The notes: a model not told the origin generated them from the sequence alone. Shown: positions 1 to 8,641, numbered from the stretch's first letter. The stretch: 45,394 bases of DNA from a virus (IMGVR_UViG_3300031576_000095:1-45394), one strand, 5' to 3'. Translations and numbers: made by a program.

Positions 1-96
1 ATGAAAAAAAAAAAGTTTTTTATAAAAAAAAAAAAAAAAAAAATAAACATAACCAACAGACTTTGACAAAATATGTTCAAAGGAGTTAGAGGGAGG

Positions 97-110
97 TAGA
101 TTGTTTAACG
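97..110. repeat. half-site of the 27-bp palindrome (TAGATTGTTTAACG)
   Basis: One arm plus the centre base of the repeat; mirrored by 45231-45244. Confidence 0.7.
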
Positions 111-210
111 AGAGGGAGATTGATATACCCAAAGGATGTAGGGAGGAGAGGGAGGGTGTTGGATTATTGGGTTTGTGGGCTATACGGATTGAAATAAATA
201 AATTTTGTTG

Positions 211-239
211 TTGTGTTTTAGGTTTAATATGATTATATT
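211..239 (+). promoter_or_regulatory. sigma70-like promoter (TTGTGT-17-TATATT)
   Basis: -35/-10 hexamers with a 17-bp spacer upstream of ORF 328; same layout as 1608, 4089 and 43779. Confidence 0.5.
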
Positions 240-287
240 GTCAATATTGATACAACGCATCCGGCCAGTGCTCTGGCGATTTAACAA

Positions 288-314
288 TAGTCCGTTTAAC
301 GGTTAAACGATCTA
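288..314. repeat. 27-bp palindrome copy 1 (TAGTCCGTTTAACGGTTAAACGATCTA)
   Basis: Read directly; lies between the promoter and the RBS of ORF 328. Confidence 0.95.
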
Positions 315-327
315 AGGAGATTATAAA

Positions 328-990
328 ATGCCTCAAGAGATGATTTCATTAGAAGAGCTTTTAGCTTCAGATGTTTATGCAGATGAAGATTTAGCTAAGA
401 AAAGAAAAAGAGAAAAGATTTTACAGACTGAGGAACTTATCTTCCCTACATTAGAAGTGTGTGGAGTTTTAAGAATAACAAAATCCACTTTTTATAGTAA
501 AGGATTAGATAGTCTATGTGTAAGAAGAGCGTATAGAGACTTTGGAGATATTAGGATAGGAATAGGAGATTTAGGTGTAACGACAAAAGGAGTATTAGCC
601 GCAACCTCGTCCAAAACGTGGGGGAGGATGGAGACAATTAAACGAGTTTATGACGAAGGGATAGAGGTAGGAAATGATGAAGATTGGAGAATGCAGGTAG
701 ATGTATTGATAGCTCTATATAATGAAGGTGTGATAGATTTAGAGCCAATGAAAGCTTGGATGAAGATAGCTGGAAGGGGTATGATGAGGAATAATGAGAA
801 TAGGAGGTTAGAGATTGTTAGACCTCTTTGGAGAGATTCTGCAATCACAAGACAGAATGAGATATATGAGAATGTTTTTTTGATTCTCAACATTATATTG
901 GAGAAGTTAGATGTAAAGATAGAGTTTAATAGTTTGAACATGAGAATTGAATTTATTCCTCTACAAGGAGAGCAAAATGTTATTAGCTGA
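328..990 (+). CDS. hypothetical protein with excisionase/MerR-like HTH segment
   Basis: AGGAG RBS; FPTLEVCGVLRITKSTFYSKG resembles an HTH_17-type helix-turn-helix. Confidence 0.6.
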   Translation: MPQEMISLEELLASDVYADEDLAKKRKREKILQTEELIFPTLEVCGVLRITKSTFYSKGLDSLCVRRAYRDFGDIRIGIGDLGVTTKGVLAATSSKTWGRMETIKRVYDEGIEVGNDEDWRMQVDVLIALYNEGVIDLEPMKAWMKIAGRGMMRNNENRRLEIVRPLWRDSAITRQNEIYENVFLILNIILEKLDVKIEFNSLNMRIEFIPLQGEQNVIS

Positions 991-1318
991 GTTCATTAAG
1001 ACTTTCCAAGGAAAGAAGTTCAAGTTAGATAAAATAAATGAAAGTATTTTAGAATTTATATATAAAATAGAGAAGAAGGCTAAAGATAAGGAACATTGGA
1101 TTAGAGGATATAGATCTTATGGAAAAACTTTAGAGTTAGATTACTTTGCACGAGTAAGTCTTTCTTCTATGAAAAAAGGAGAAACATTTGCTTTATTAGG
1201 AAGAGATGGAGTTAGAGTATTTAGGTTAGAAAAAATTATAGAACCTAAGATACAAGGAAAGAATGAGAGTGTAATGATAACAGATGAAATGAACTTAGAC
1301 CAAACCAAACAATATTAG
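977..1318 (+). CDS. hypothetical protein
   Basis: ORF track 947-1318; GGAG precedes ATG 977. Confidence 0.6.
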   Translation: MLLAEFIKTFQGKKFKLDKINESILEFIYKIEKKAKDKEHWIRGYRSYGKTLELDYFARVSLSSMKKGETFALLGRDGVRVFRLEKIIEPKIQGKNESVMITDEMNLDQTKQY

Positions 1319-1383
1319 AGTCAGCAGACGCCGGCTCTTGTACTACATACTCACAAAAACCCATACTACACAGTACAACAGAA

Positions 1384-1572
1384 ATGGAGAATCTCATGAT
1401 AATCAAAGTTCCAATAATCTACGATTCTGAAAATTCTTATCCTATAGGAGGAGTTAGCTTCTGGGTAGGTGAAGAGAAGATGGAGATAAATATAGATGGA
1501 AGAAAAATACAAGTTTCTGCAGATATAATAGATATTCTTTGTATCTTAAGAAACAAGAGAAAAGAAAACTGA
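1384..1572 (+). CDS. hypothetical protein
   Basis: Short co-directional ORF. Confidence 0.45.
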   Translation: MENLMIIKVPIIYDSENSYPIGGVSFWVGEEKMEINIDGRKIQVSADIIDILCILRNKRKEN

Positions 1573-1607
1573 AAACGCATCAAATCCGTTTCATCGATAT
1601 ATTTTGA

Positions 1608-1636
1608 TTGCTTTTTGTCAAATGATGTTGTATCAT
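1608..1636 (+). promoter_or_regulatory. sigma70-like promoter (TTGCTT-17-TATCAT)
   Basis: Hexamers with a 17-bp spacer and AT-rich upstream region; similar to 4089 and 43779. Confidence 0.55.
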
Positions 1637-1668
1637 CCATCGTGGCCGGAAATGAATCCGGTTTTCGT

Positions 1669-1695
1669 TAGTTCGTTTAACCGTTAAACAATCTA
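1669..1695. repeat. 27-bp palindrome copy 2 (TAGTTCGTTTAACCGTTAAACAATCTA)
   Basis: Read directly; downstream of promoter 1608. Confidence 0.95.
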
Positions 1696-1703
1696 AGAAT
1701 GAA

Positions 1704-1877
1704 ATGAAACTCAAATCTCTCCTCCGCACAATCCTAGCAATGTTGATTCTCTCAACATTGCTTCTCATTCTTAATTCATTTTTCCTCTTTCAAATTACAG
1801 AATCTCTTAAATCTCTCAATGAATCTTGTCAGAAGATTGAAAAGAGATTAGAAGGAATAGAAAGGAAAGCAAAATGA
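1704..1877 (+). CDS. small membrane-anchored hypothetical protein (57 aa, not in ORF track)
   Basis: MKLKSLLRTILAMLILSTLLLILNSFFLF: hydrophobic N-terminus followed by a coiled coil. Confidence 0.5.
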   Translation: MKLKSLLRTILAMLILSTLLLILNSFFLFQITESLKSLNESCQKIEKRLEGIERKAK

Positions 1878-2044
1878 AACTCGGATTTTGTCTTCACAAA
1901 GGATACAAAGCTGACGATAGAAAGTTTGGTTTCTACAAAAAACCTAAACACCAAGGTAAACCAGATTTCGTCGGTTTCTTTGTCAGTGGAGTATTTTCGG
2001 TATGGATTCAGTGGTAGAACTCAATCTTCGAAAGGAGTAGAAGT

Positions 2045-2284
2045 ATGAGATCAGCTCTCTGGGAAGATAATCCTAATAACTTGTCTCAAGAAGAGATAGA
2101 ACTCTCACAGAAAGAGTTAGATAATCTATCTCACTTTATTAGCTCTGAGACGAGTAGAAAGAGATGCGAAGGTGCAAGAGACTACGCACACTGTTTTGGA
2201 GGGCTAGACGCATATGATTTGCATCTAGTCGATGCAGCAATAAAGGAAAGATTTGGGAAAGTACTTACCTCACCAGATTTTTGA
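2045..2284 (+). CDS. hypothetical protein
   Basis: AAGGAG RBS. Confidence 0.6.
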   Translation: MRSALWEDNPNNLSQEEIELSQKELDNLSHFISSETSRKRCEGARDYAHCFGGLDAYDLHLVDAAIKERFGKVLTSPDF

Positions 2285-2312
2285 ACAGGACAGAACAGAA
2301 AGGATCTCTCCA

Positions 2313-2582
2313 ATGAAACTCGTAATCGCGCGCCCAGAACCTTCCTCTAATCTCCCAATCTCCCCAATCGTTATTGGAAAGCTAGAAGGAAACTACATCG
2401 TTCCAGTAGAACCAAGAGATCTTTCTCTAAGAGAGGAAGAACTTGTGAGATTGAATCAATCAAAGTTACTTAGGCACAGTGAATGGGCTACGTTTTCTGT
2501 GCTTGACAATAAGCCAGATCCTGCCACGAACGACTGTGCGAAGGTAGCAGTGGGGACTTACATTTCACAGATGAAAGGGTGA
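2313..2582 (+). CDS. hypothetical protein
   Basis: ORF track 2253-2582; AAAGGA precedes ATG 2313. Confidence 0.55.
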   Translation: MKLVIARPEPSSNLPISPIVIGKLEGNYIVPVEPRDLSLREEELVRLNQSKLLRHSEWATFSVLDNKPDPATNDCAKVAVGTYISQMKG

Positions 2583-2589
2583 AGAAGAT

Positions 2590-2808
2590 ATGAAATCTAT
2601 TCTTCTCTCTCAAATTCATCAAAATGAGAAGATTTTTGAAACATCTGGAGAGTCAACATTAGAAACTGCAAGGAAAGACTCTCCAATTCAATCTCTCGAT
2701 TGGGAAACTGTTCAAATTCTCAACGATGAAACTTTCAATGTAGAAGGCTACATACTCCGCCCGCAGAAAGGAAACTGTTATGAAGCCATACAATTTTCCA
2801 GAACGTAA
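2590..2808 (+). CDS. hypothetical protein
   Basis: Co-directional ORF in the early cluster. Confidence 0.5.
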   Translation: MKSILLSQIHQNEKIFETSGESTLETARKDSPIQSLDWETVQILNDETFNVEGYILRPQKGNCYEAIQFSRT

Positions 2809-2974
2809 GAGACAGCGACAAATCGGAGCACTAAAACGACTTGAGAATCGGCTTACATATATGCAAGCCGAGCACCCTGGTAGAAACAAAGCAATTGCTC
2901 AAGCTAAGATCTTGACCTTATCTATCACTACAGGAAATCAGCGTTCTAGTCGCTCAAAGAAGAAGAGAAACTAA
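2780..2974 (+). CDS. small basic hypothetical protein
   Basis: AAAGGA RBS; Arg/Lys-rich. Confidence 0.5.
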   Translation: MKPYNFPERKRQRQIGALKRLENRLTYMQAEHPGRNKAIAQAKILTLSITTGNQRSSRSKKKRN

Positions 2975-2982
2975 CCCAAAAA

Positions 2983-3056
2983 ATCTCAGTAGCTCAACTG
3001 GATAGAGCAACAGATTTCTAATCTGTAGGTTCTGAGTTCGAATCTCAGCTGAGATA
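2983..3056 (+). tRNA. tRNA-Arg (anticodon TCT)
   Basis: Acceptor ATCTCAG/CTGAGAT, D arm GCTC..GAGC, anticodon arm ACAGA-TTTCTAA-TCTGT, T arm CTGAG-TTCGAAT-CTCAG; CCA not encoded. Confidence 0.92.
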
Positions 3057-3295
3057 CTAACCTTTACAAATGAGGTATTAACCTTAGCGAAGAAAGGAAC
3101 AAATCTATGTCCATCTTAATCCAAGATGTCAAATGTATTCGTAGATATAAGGACGAATACAAAAATAATGTCTATCATATAGAAATAGAGCTTAATGATT
3201 CAGGACAAGTTATTTATGTTAACGAACAAGCAACTATTTATATAGACGAAGATGAAGTAAGAATAGAAATATAGAATTTTAACTGAGGAGAAAAA

Positions 3296-3538
3296 ATGAA
3301 CTCATCAACAAACTCTGAACTCCTCTCTTGGGGATTAGCTTACGTTGGAATAGATGCTAACGAGGCCTTCAAACATTTCTCTCTCATTAAGGAAAGAAAT
3401 CCAGAGGAGTATGAGAATCTGATTACTGCCGAACTAGAGAGTCTTCTTGATTCGTTAGAAGGAGGGAAGAAGAAAGACAGGAGAAATATTCTCCAAAAGT
3501 GTCAGTTTTTACTCAGCTTGATCGAACAGATCGTTTAA
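3296..3538 (+). CDS. hypothetical protein
   Basis: GAGGAG RBS; stop codon lies inside palindrome copy 3. Confidence 0.65.
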   Translation: MNSSTNSELLSWGLAYVGIDANEAFKHFSLIKERNPEEYENLITAELESLLDSLEGGKKKDRRNILQKCQFLLSLIEQIV

Positions 3539-3553
3539 CCGTTAAACGATCTA
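3527..3553. repeat. 27-bp palindrome copy 3 (CAGATCGTTTAACCGTTAAACGATCTA)
   Basis: Read directly. Confidence 0.95.
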
Positions 3554-3582
3554 AAACATGATAAGAATAAAAGGAGGAAGAA

Positions 3583-3840
3583 ATGAAGAAGTTACTTTTT
3601 TTATCCTTACTCTACGGAGCTATTTCCTTAACTCCCAAACCTCATACTCACAATATCTCACACAAAACTAACTCTCCAAACTCCCAACACATGCACATCC
3701 AGATCTCTCATTACTGTACCAAATGCCATCAGTTCTTTGGTTGTATAGAGAGAGTCCCTAAGCATAAATGCGAGTATAGAAGATGGCACAAGGTAACCTG
3801 GAAATGTGACGCAGTTCATCAAAATTGTAAAGGAGAATAA
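3583..3840 (+). CDS. putative exported His/Cys-rich protein (CxxCH)
   Basis: AGGAGG RBS; signal-like MKKLLFLSLLYGAIS; CTKCH. Confidence 0.6.
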   Translation: MKKLLFLSLLYGAISLTPKPHTHNISHKTNSPNSQHMHIQISHYCTKCHQFFGCIERVPKHKCEYRRWHKVTWKCDAVHQNCKGE

Positions 3841-3841
3841 G

Positions 3842-4066
3842 ATGAACACCAAAGTAATTAAATCACGGGTTAGCAAATTTTTACCTTGCTGCATATCTAC
3901 TGATAGCAACTCTGATAGGATTATTATTCGGTTTTTTAAGTATAAATCAGCAAAAGAGGTTGTAGAGCAAGGATGTAGAGAGGCTAAAATACCTACTATT
4001 ATATGTAAAGAAGGAGAAGAGCCAGAAAAAGCAAATAAACTAATTGTCACCTATGAAATTACCTAA
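3842..4066 (+). CDS. hypothetical protein
   Basis: AAGGAG precedes ATG 3842. Confidence 0.55.
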   Translation: MNTKVIKSRVSKFLPCCISTDSNSDRIIIRFFKYKSAKEVVEQGCREAKIPTIICKEGEEPEKANKLIVTYEIT

Positions 4067-4088
4067 TTCATTTCATCATTTTTTGTTA

Positions 4089-4117
4089 TTGCGTTTGTCA
4101 TTTTAATTCATTATATT
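4089..4117 (+). promoter_or_regulatory. sigma70-like promoter (TTGCGT-17-TATATT)
   Basis: Hexamers with a 17-bp spacer; shares the TTTCATC...TTGC..TTGTCA context with 1608. Confidence 0.5.
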
Positions 4118-4150
4118 ATTCCGGTTACATTAACGAAACGGAATACTAAA

Positions 4151-4414
4151 ATGACAAATAATATGATCGAGTCTAAAAAATTAGCTTATGACATCTTTCG
4201 TCTCTCCTCCATTCCAGGTATAAACCGCACGGCGAAAAATGGAGAGATGAAACGGTATTATTTAGAGGTAAATCCTGAGCTTCTCAATAATGCTAAACAA
4301 ATAGCAGAAGCAATTGCAGGATGTAAGATAACTAATGCTTCTTTGCTTCGAAACTCACTTAAGTTTTTCATTAGTTCAATCAAATTAACTCAAGAAGGAG
4401 CTTCAAATGATTAA
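4151..4414 (+). CDS. putative ribbon-helix-helix DNA-binding protein
   Basis: MKRYYLEVNPELLNNAKQIA...NASLLRNSLKFF fits a beta-alpha-alpha pattern. Confidence 0.5.
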   Translation: MTNNMIESKKLAYDIFRLSSIPGINRTAKNGEMKRYYLEVNPELLNNAKQIAEAIAGCKITNASLLRNSLKFFISSIKLTQEGASND

Positions 4415-4820
4415 GTTTTCAGTAACTGCAAACCCTACGAACAGCAAGGGAGTTTTGAAACCGAGCTGGAAAGGTGAAGCAGTTCAACGAAAGGGAGAGT
4501 TCACAGTTGATCTCGGCGATGGGACTTTGGCTGGCCTTACAAAATCCGCCGGCGGAGAGAAGCAAGTCCACGATAAGGCTATTACAGCCTATGTTGTGGA
4601 TGCCCAAGCGTACTATAGAGGAAATCTCGAAGCCGGTGAGATGAATCCCCCTAAGTGGCTACCTGGCATGACTGCGCCTAGAGCTGCGAGATCAGTTGAT
4701 TTCTCGAAGATGTCTGTCGAAGATATTGGGAAGATTGATCTTTCCAATGCCAGTGAAGATGTTGTAAAGGCAATGGTTGCAAAGGTGCAAGCTGCGCTCA
4801 AAGCGAAGAAAGCTGCGTAA
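4407..4820 (+). CDS. hypothetical protein
   Basis: AAGGAG RBS; followed by palindrome copy 4 and a hairpin. Confidence 0.75.
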   Translation: MIKFSVTANPTNSKGVLKPSWKGEAVQRKGEFTVDLGDGTLAGLTKSAGGEKQVHDKAITAYVVDAQAYYRGNLEAGEMNPPKWLPGMTAPRAARSVDFSKMSVEDIGKIDLSNASEDVVKAMVAKVQAALKAKKAA

Positions 4821-4845
4821 GTTCGTTTAACGGTTAAACGATCTA
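4819..4845. repeat. 27-bp palindrome copy 4 (AAGTTCGTTTAACGGTTAAACGATCTA)
   Basis: Read directly; overlaps the stop of ORF 4407. Confidence 0.95.
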
Positions 4846-4859
4846 TTCATCGTTGAGAG

Positions 4860-4904
4860 AAAAGAGATCGGAGTAAGTAGAAGTAAACTTTTCCGATCTC
4901 TTTT
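4860..4904 (+). terminator. putative intrinsic terminator
   Basis: AAAAGAGATCGGA...TCCGATCTCTTTT inverted repeat ending in a T run. Confidence 0.55.
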
Positions 4905-4927
4905 ATAATCCCCCACCAAGACAAAAT

Positions 4928-5149
4928 TTGACTAAAGTATACAATAAAATGGACACCTTACCAAAAATATCCGAAGCTAGGAAAGAAGAACTAAAAGAGT
5001 TTGTAGTTCACTCTACTGCAATGGCATACACTCGTAAGTCATTAGAAAGAGACCAAGCTATTACTCTGTATCAAACAGATCCGTTTTTCTACAGTATAGC
5101 TAATCTCACGTTTAACTTGTTAATTAGTATTTTAGAAAAAAAAGAATAA
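4928..5149 (+). CDS. hypothetical protein
   Basis: Co-directional ORF abutting the exonuclease gene. Confidence 0.5.
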   Translation: MTKVYNKMDTLPKISEARKEELKEFVVHSTAMAYTRKSLERDQAITLYQTDPFFYSIANLTFNLLISILEKKE

Positions 5150-5150
5150 A

Positions 5151-6176
5151 ATGGACATATTAACTCTCATCTCCTCTGGCCCTAAGAAACTTTCTTCTGA
5201 TTCTCAGGGCTCCCCTATTTCTCCAGGTCATGTAGTACAAATTCATAACAGTTGGGCGGTTAATGATTCTACAAAATTATCTACCTTTCAAGTATGCAAA
5301 AGAAAATTCTTCTTCCAATATCTGCTCGGATGGGATTCAGACTATAAAAATCACGATCTTATCTTCGGTACAGCTGCGCACATAGCAAAGGCACATATTA
5401 TAGAAAAAGGCTACACTCCAGAAGCAATCACAGAAGCATTTGAACTCTTTCTCAAAGAATACCGTATTGACTTCAGTGAAACAACTGATCCAGATTTCTC
5501 TACTAAAAATCCAGAACGCTTTGCGGAAGCTCTCATTACTTACGCAACTGAATATAGAACTGATAAATTTAAGGTGCTTTATACAGAAGTTGCAGATAAA
5601 GTAATAATCTCTAACAAATATGAAATCCATTTCCGCATAGATGCAATTCTTGAGGAAGAAGATGGACTTATAGTCCGCGAATCTAAATTCTCTAAATGGA
5701 AATCTAACAACTGGGGAGATACTTGGTTTCTTAAACTCCAACCTGGAACTTACCACTTTGTTCTCAACTGTATTGCCGGCGATAGACCTATTAAAGGTGT
5801 CCAGATGGATGGAACCTTTTTCTACAAGAACGAAATAAAACACGAGAGATATCTCCTAACGATGACGGAAGATGAACTTGAAGCTTGGAGATATACAGTT
5901 GTAGGTTTAATTGAAGATATTCTACGAGAGTTTGAGATATTAAAAACTGAATCTCCTTCCGCTCCAGCAATGAAATCCTTTGGAAGAAATGGAGAAGCAT
6001 GCTTCGCATACTACAACAAACCTTGCCCTTATCATACACTTTGTTTCGCAAAGTCTAATCCATTAAGGATTGTAGAAGAAAATGAAGGAAATCCACCGAG
6101 TGGATTTTTTAGAAAATGGTGGGATCCTACAAAAGTGGAAGATAGATTCAAACCTTTGAAAGGAGAAAGAAAATGA
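5151..6176 (+). CDS. PD-(D/E)XK superfamily (RecB/Cas4-like) exonuclease
   Basis: CKRKFFFQY, FGTAAH, RIDAI...RESK catalytic motifs, C-terminal C..CPY..LC; located before Sak4/SSB. Confidence 0.85.
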   Translation: MDILTLISSGPKKLSSDSQGSPISPGHVVQIHNSWAVNDSTKLSTFQVCKRKFFFQYLLGWDSDYKNHDLIFGTAAHIAKAHIIEKGYTPEAITEAFELFLKEYRIDFSETTDPDFSTKNPERFAEALITYATEYRTDKFKVLYTEVADKVIISNKYEIHFRIDAILEEEDGLIVRESKFSKWKSNNWGDTWFLKLQPGTYHFVLNCIAGDRPIKGVQMDGTFFYKNEIKHERYLLTMTEDELEAWRYTVVGLIEDILREFEILKTESPSAPAMKSFGRNGEACFAYYNKPCPYHTLCFAKSNPLRIVEENEGNPPSGFFRKWWDPTKVEDRFKPLKGERK

Positions 6177-6604
6177 CTTACTGGTGCTCAAAATGTGAGA
6201 AGTTTGTTGGAAAGAATGAATGTAGAGTTATGTATAGTAATATCACGCAAGAAGAATGTATAGAACATAATTCCTGCTATGGTATAGTAGGAGTTCTCAA
6301 CGAAACACATAAAGATCGTTTAACGGTTAAACGATCTACAAAACAACAAGCTCTCTTAATCTCCATTCTTCTAATCAGCAGCATCTTTGATGCTCTCCGT
6401 GATTGTACTATCTCCTACCCAATAGAATGGTGGACTTGGCATACAGTTAAATGGATTTCTGCATTTTCAGTTTGGATTTATCTTTGGTTTCAGATAAAAA
6501 ATAGTTCAACATTAACAACTTGGATAGTAAGAGTATTAGTTGCTTTCACAAGTTACGTCCTCTGGGAAATAGCTTACAAACTAGGACCTTCAATCCTTCA
6601 ATAG
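6173..6604 (+). CDS. hypothetical membrane protein with N-terminal Cys cluster
   Basis: CSKC..C..C N-terminus and hydrophobic C-terminal helices; palindrome copy 5 is read in frame (DRLTVKRS). Confidence 0.55.
   Translation: MTYWCSKCEKFVGKNECRVMYSNITQEECIEHNSCYGIVGVLNETHKDRLTVKRSTKQQALLISILLISSIFDALRDCTISYPIEWWTWHTVKWISAFSVWIYLWFQIKNSSTLTTWIVRVLVAFTSYVLWEIAYKLGPSILQ
6312..6338. repeat. 27-bp palindrome copy 5 (AAGATCGTTTAACGGTTAAACGATCTA)
   Basis: Read directly; intragenic. Confidence 0.95.
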
Positions 6605-6798
6605 GAAGAGCAAAAGCATGGAAAAGTTTGCTATAGTTCTATCTTATTTTATGCTAATCGCTTCTGTATTATCAGTATACCTATGGTTATGTGGTAGCAA
6701 TAAAATATCACTATTAAAGGTAGAATCATCAAGATCTATATATTGGATGTTCGTAGCTCTCATATCAAGTCTCTCATGGTTAATTTCTAGGTGCTAAA

Positions 6799-7635
6799 AT
6801 GCCTGAAATGTCTCAGCAAGACAAAGAGAAACTTCTCTCTGCCTTTCCAGCTTCAACTCGTCCAGAGTCTTCATACAGTAGATTTCTCTGCGTTCTCTAT
6901 GGACGATCTGGAACTGGGAAGACAAGTTGCTGGACTACCGCCCGTAGACCTATCCTCCTCCACGCATTCGATCCAGGTTGTATAGACAACGAACTTGTCA
7001 AACCTCACGTTGTCTTTGATGCGGCTTCACTTGGAGGAGATAAATTTATTCTTGCGAATAATGACTTTGAATTTGATGATCCTAATAACCCTACTGCAAT
7101 GCTTAAATGGGCAACCGAATTCGAGAGATTGAAAAGGCTAAAAATCTTCGACTTCTTTGCTACTTGGGTTATAGATTCATTAACCTCAATGTCAGATGCT
7201 AACATGGCACAGCATCTTAAGCTTGTAGACAGAGAAACTCCCCTCGCAGTTCCAGGCTGGGGGAAGACTAATGACTACGCAGATGCCGCAAATAAATTCA
7301 AGCGGATTATTAGACAAATTCTTTCTATTAACATAGACACTATCTTCACTGGTCATCCAGACACAAGTGTAGATGAACTCAACGATAAGAAAACTCGCTC
7401 CTCTCTTGAACTCCCAGGCGCGGCTAAGCGTTTGATTCCGCAGGTTGCAAGTGAATACTATATGACTGAAGCTACCACAGTTAACGGTAAAACAACATAT
7501 AAACTCCGCACAAAACCTGATGGCATTATAGATGCAAAGAGTAGAAAAGCATCTGCTCTACAATCACTTGAAGACCCTAACTTGCTTGAGATTATGAAGA
7601 AAACTGGGTATAATTTTGAGCATAAGCCTTACTAG
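6799..7635 (+). CDS. Sak4-like / AAA_24 ATPase (ssDNA annealing recombinase)
   Basis: Walker A GRSGTGKT, Walker B VIDSLT, IFTGH; lies between the exonuclease and SSB-like genes. Confidence 0.8.
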   Translation: MPEMSQQDKEKLLSAFPASTRPESSYSRFLCVLYGRSGTGKTSCWTTARRPILLHAFDPGCIDNELVKPHVVFDAASLGGDKFILANNDFEFDDPNNPTAMLKWATEFERLKRLKIFDFFATWVIDSLTSMSDANMAQHLKLVDRETPLAVPGWGKTNDYADAANKFKRIIRQILSINIDTIFTGHPDTSVDELNDKKTRSSLELPGAAKRLIPQVASEYYMTEATTVNGKTTYKLRTKPDGIIDAKSRKASALQSLEDPNLLEIMKKTGYNFEHKPY

Positions 7636-7646
7636 ATGGAGAATTT

Positions 7647-7850
7647 ATGAAAGTGGACATCGTATTGAGTATCGCTCTAACTGCAGAAGTAAAAGATGTA
7701 GATCATGGAAATTTGGTTGCAGGATTGATAGCTGGTAACATTCAAAAGTTTCTAAAAGATGAAGGTAAGGACACAAAAACTACTCAAGTTATAACTAACA
7801 TAACTGAATCATTTTTACCACTTCAAACAAAAGGAGCTCCAAATGAGTGA
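7647..7850 (+). CDS. hypothetical protein
   Basis: GGAG RBS. Confidence 0.55.
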   Translation: MKVDIVLSIALTAEVKDVDHGNLVAGLIAGNIQKFLKDEGKDTKTTQVITNITESFLPLQTKGAPNE

Positions 7851-8328
7851 TTTCAGTATCTTAGACGTAATCTCCGGTTCGAGTGATGTACCTCCTCTTA
7901 GACTCGCACCAAAAGGTGATTACAAACTCCGCATTCGCGGAGCGTGGTACAAGCGGAAGGAACGAGAGGAAGACGGGAAGATCACAAAATCTATTCTTGT
8001 CTGTCTTGAGTTCATTGAGTTCCCAGATTATCCAGAAATCTTGGACACGTTATACCTCCCTATCCAAGGAGACTCTGACAAGAACATCAACTCTAATCTC
8101 CGCCGGATTGAAGAGTTCAAGAAGTGCTTCTCAACTCCGCGTGAACTTGCGCCTGAACTAGGCTCTGCGTATCAAGATGATTCAGTGGAGAAAGAAGAAC
8201 TCGAATCTCTCCAAGGTCTCGAAGGTTGGGTCTCAGTCTCTAATGAGACTAACAAGCTTTCAAAGACTCAGGAGAACAGAGTAAAAGGTAGTCCGTTTAA
8301 CACTGGCGGATATCTACAACCTAGGTAA
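7843..8328 (+). CDS. putative ssDNA-binding protein (DUF669-like OB fold)
   Basis: APKGDYKLRI N-terminus and L.G.EGWV.V C-terminus; synteny with Sak4. Confidence 0.65.
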   Translation: MSDFSILDVISGSSDVPPLRLAPKGDYKLRIRGAWYKRKEREEDGKITKSILVCLEFIEFPDYPEILDTLYLPIQGDSDKNINSNLRRIEEFKKCFSTPRELAPELGSAYQDDSVEKEELESLQGLEGWVSVSNETNKLSKTQENRVKGSPFNTGGYLQPR

Positions 8329-8375
8329 GAACTCTTACAGAAGCGGTTAGCATAACCGTGAGATAGTAAGTGGTT

Positions 8376-8452
8376 TCCACAGTGGTAAAATAAGGATAAA
8401 GCGCCAGCTGAGTTATTAGCTGGAGATGCGGGTTCGAGTCCCGTCTGTGGAA
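8376..8452 (+). tRNA. tRNA-like RNA, anticodon undetermined (10-nt loop)
   Basis: Acceptor TCCACAG/CTGTGGA, T arm GCGGG-TTCGAGT-CCCGT, stem CCAGC/GCTGG around TGAGTTATTA; weak D arm. Confidence 0.6.
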
Positions 8453-8520
8453 CTCTGACACAGTTTCATAAACTGCCGAAAGGATAAACAGTGTAATTCG
8501 CTGATAACAGGTCAGATGAC

Positions 8521-8624
8521 TCTCTCATGGCGGATGGGTAGACGCACGTGGACACAGCATAGTCTAATTGGTACTGTGGCGAGAATCGTGATTAGACAAG
8601 CAGGTTCGAATCCTGCTGAGAGAG
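8521..8624 (+). tRNA. tRNA-like RNA (Leu-like D arm, rearranged anticodon region)
   Basis: Acceptor TCTCTCA/TGAGAGA, TGGCGGATGGGTAGACGC D arm, T arm GCAGG-TTCGAAT-CCTGC; no canonical anticodon arm. Confidence 0.55.
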
Positions 8625-8641
8625 CTAGCTTACAAATAAAA

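Noticed and set aside
8289-8301. Extra half-site TAGTCCGTTTAAC inside the SSB-like gene
   Set aside because: It matches one arm exactly but has no second arm. It may be a relic or chance, so it is not counted as a copy.
8454-8520. Hammerhead ribozyme (CTGATAA and GAAA segments)
   Set aside because: The core is not CUGAnGA, and the order of segments and stems does not fit a hammerhead.
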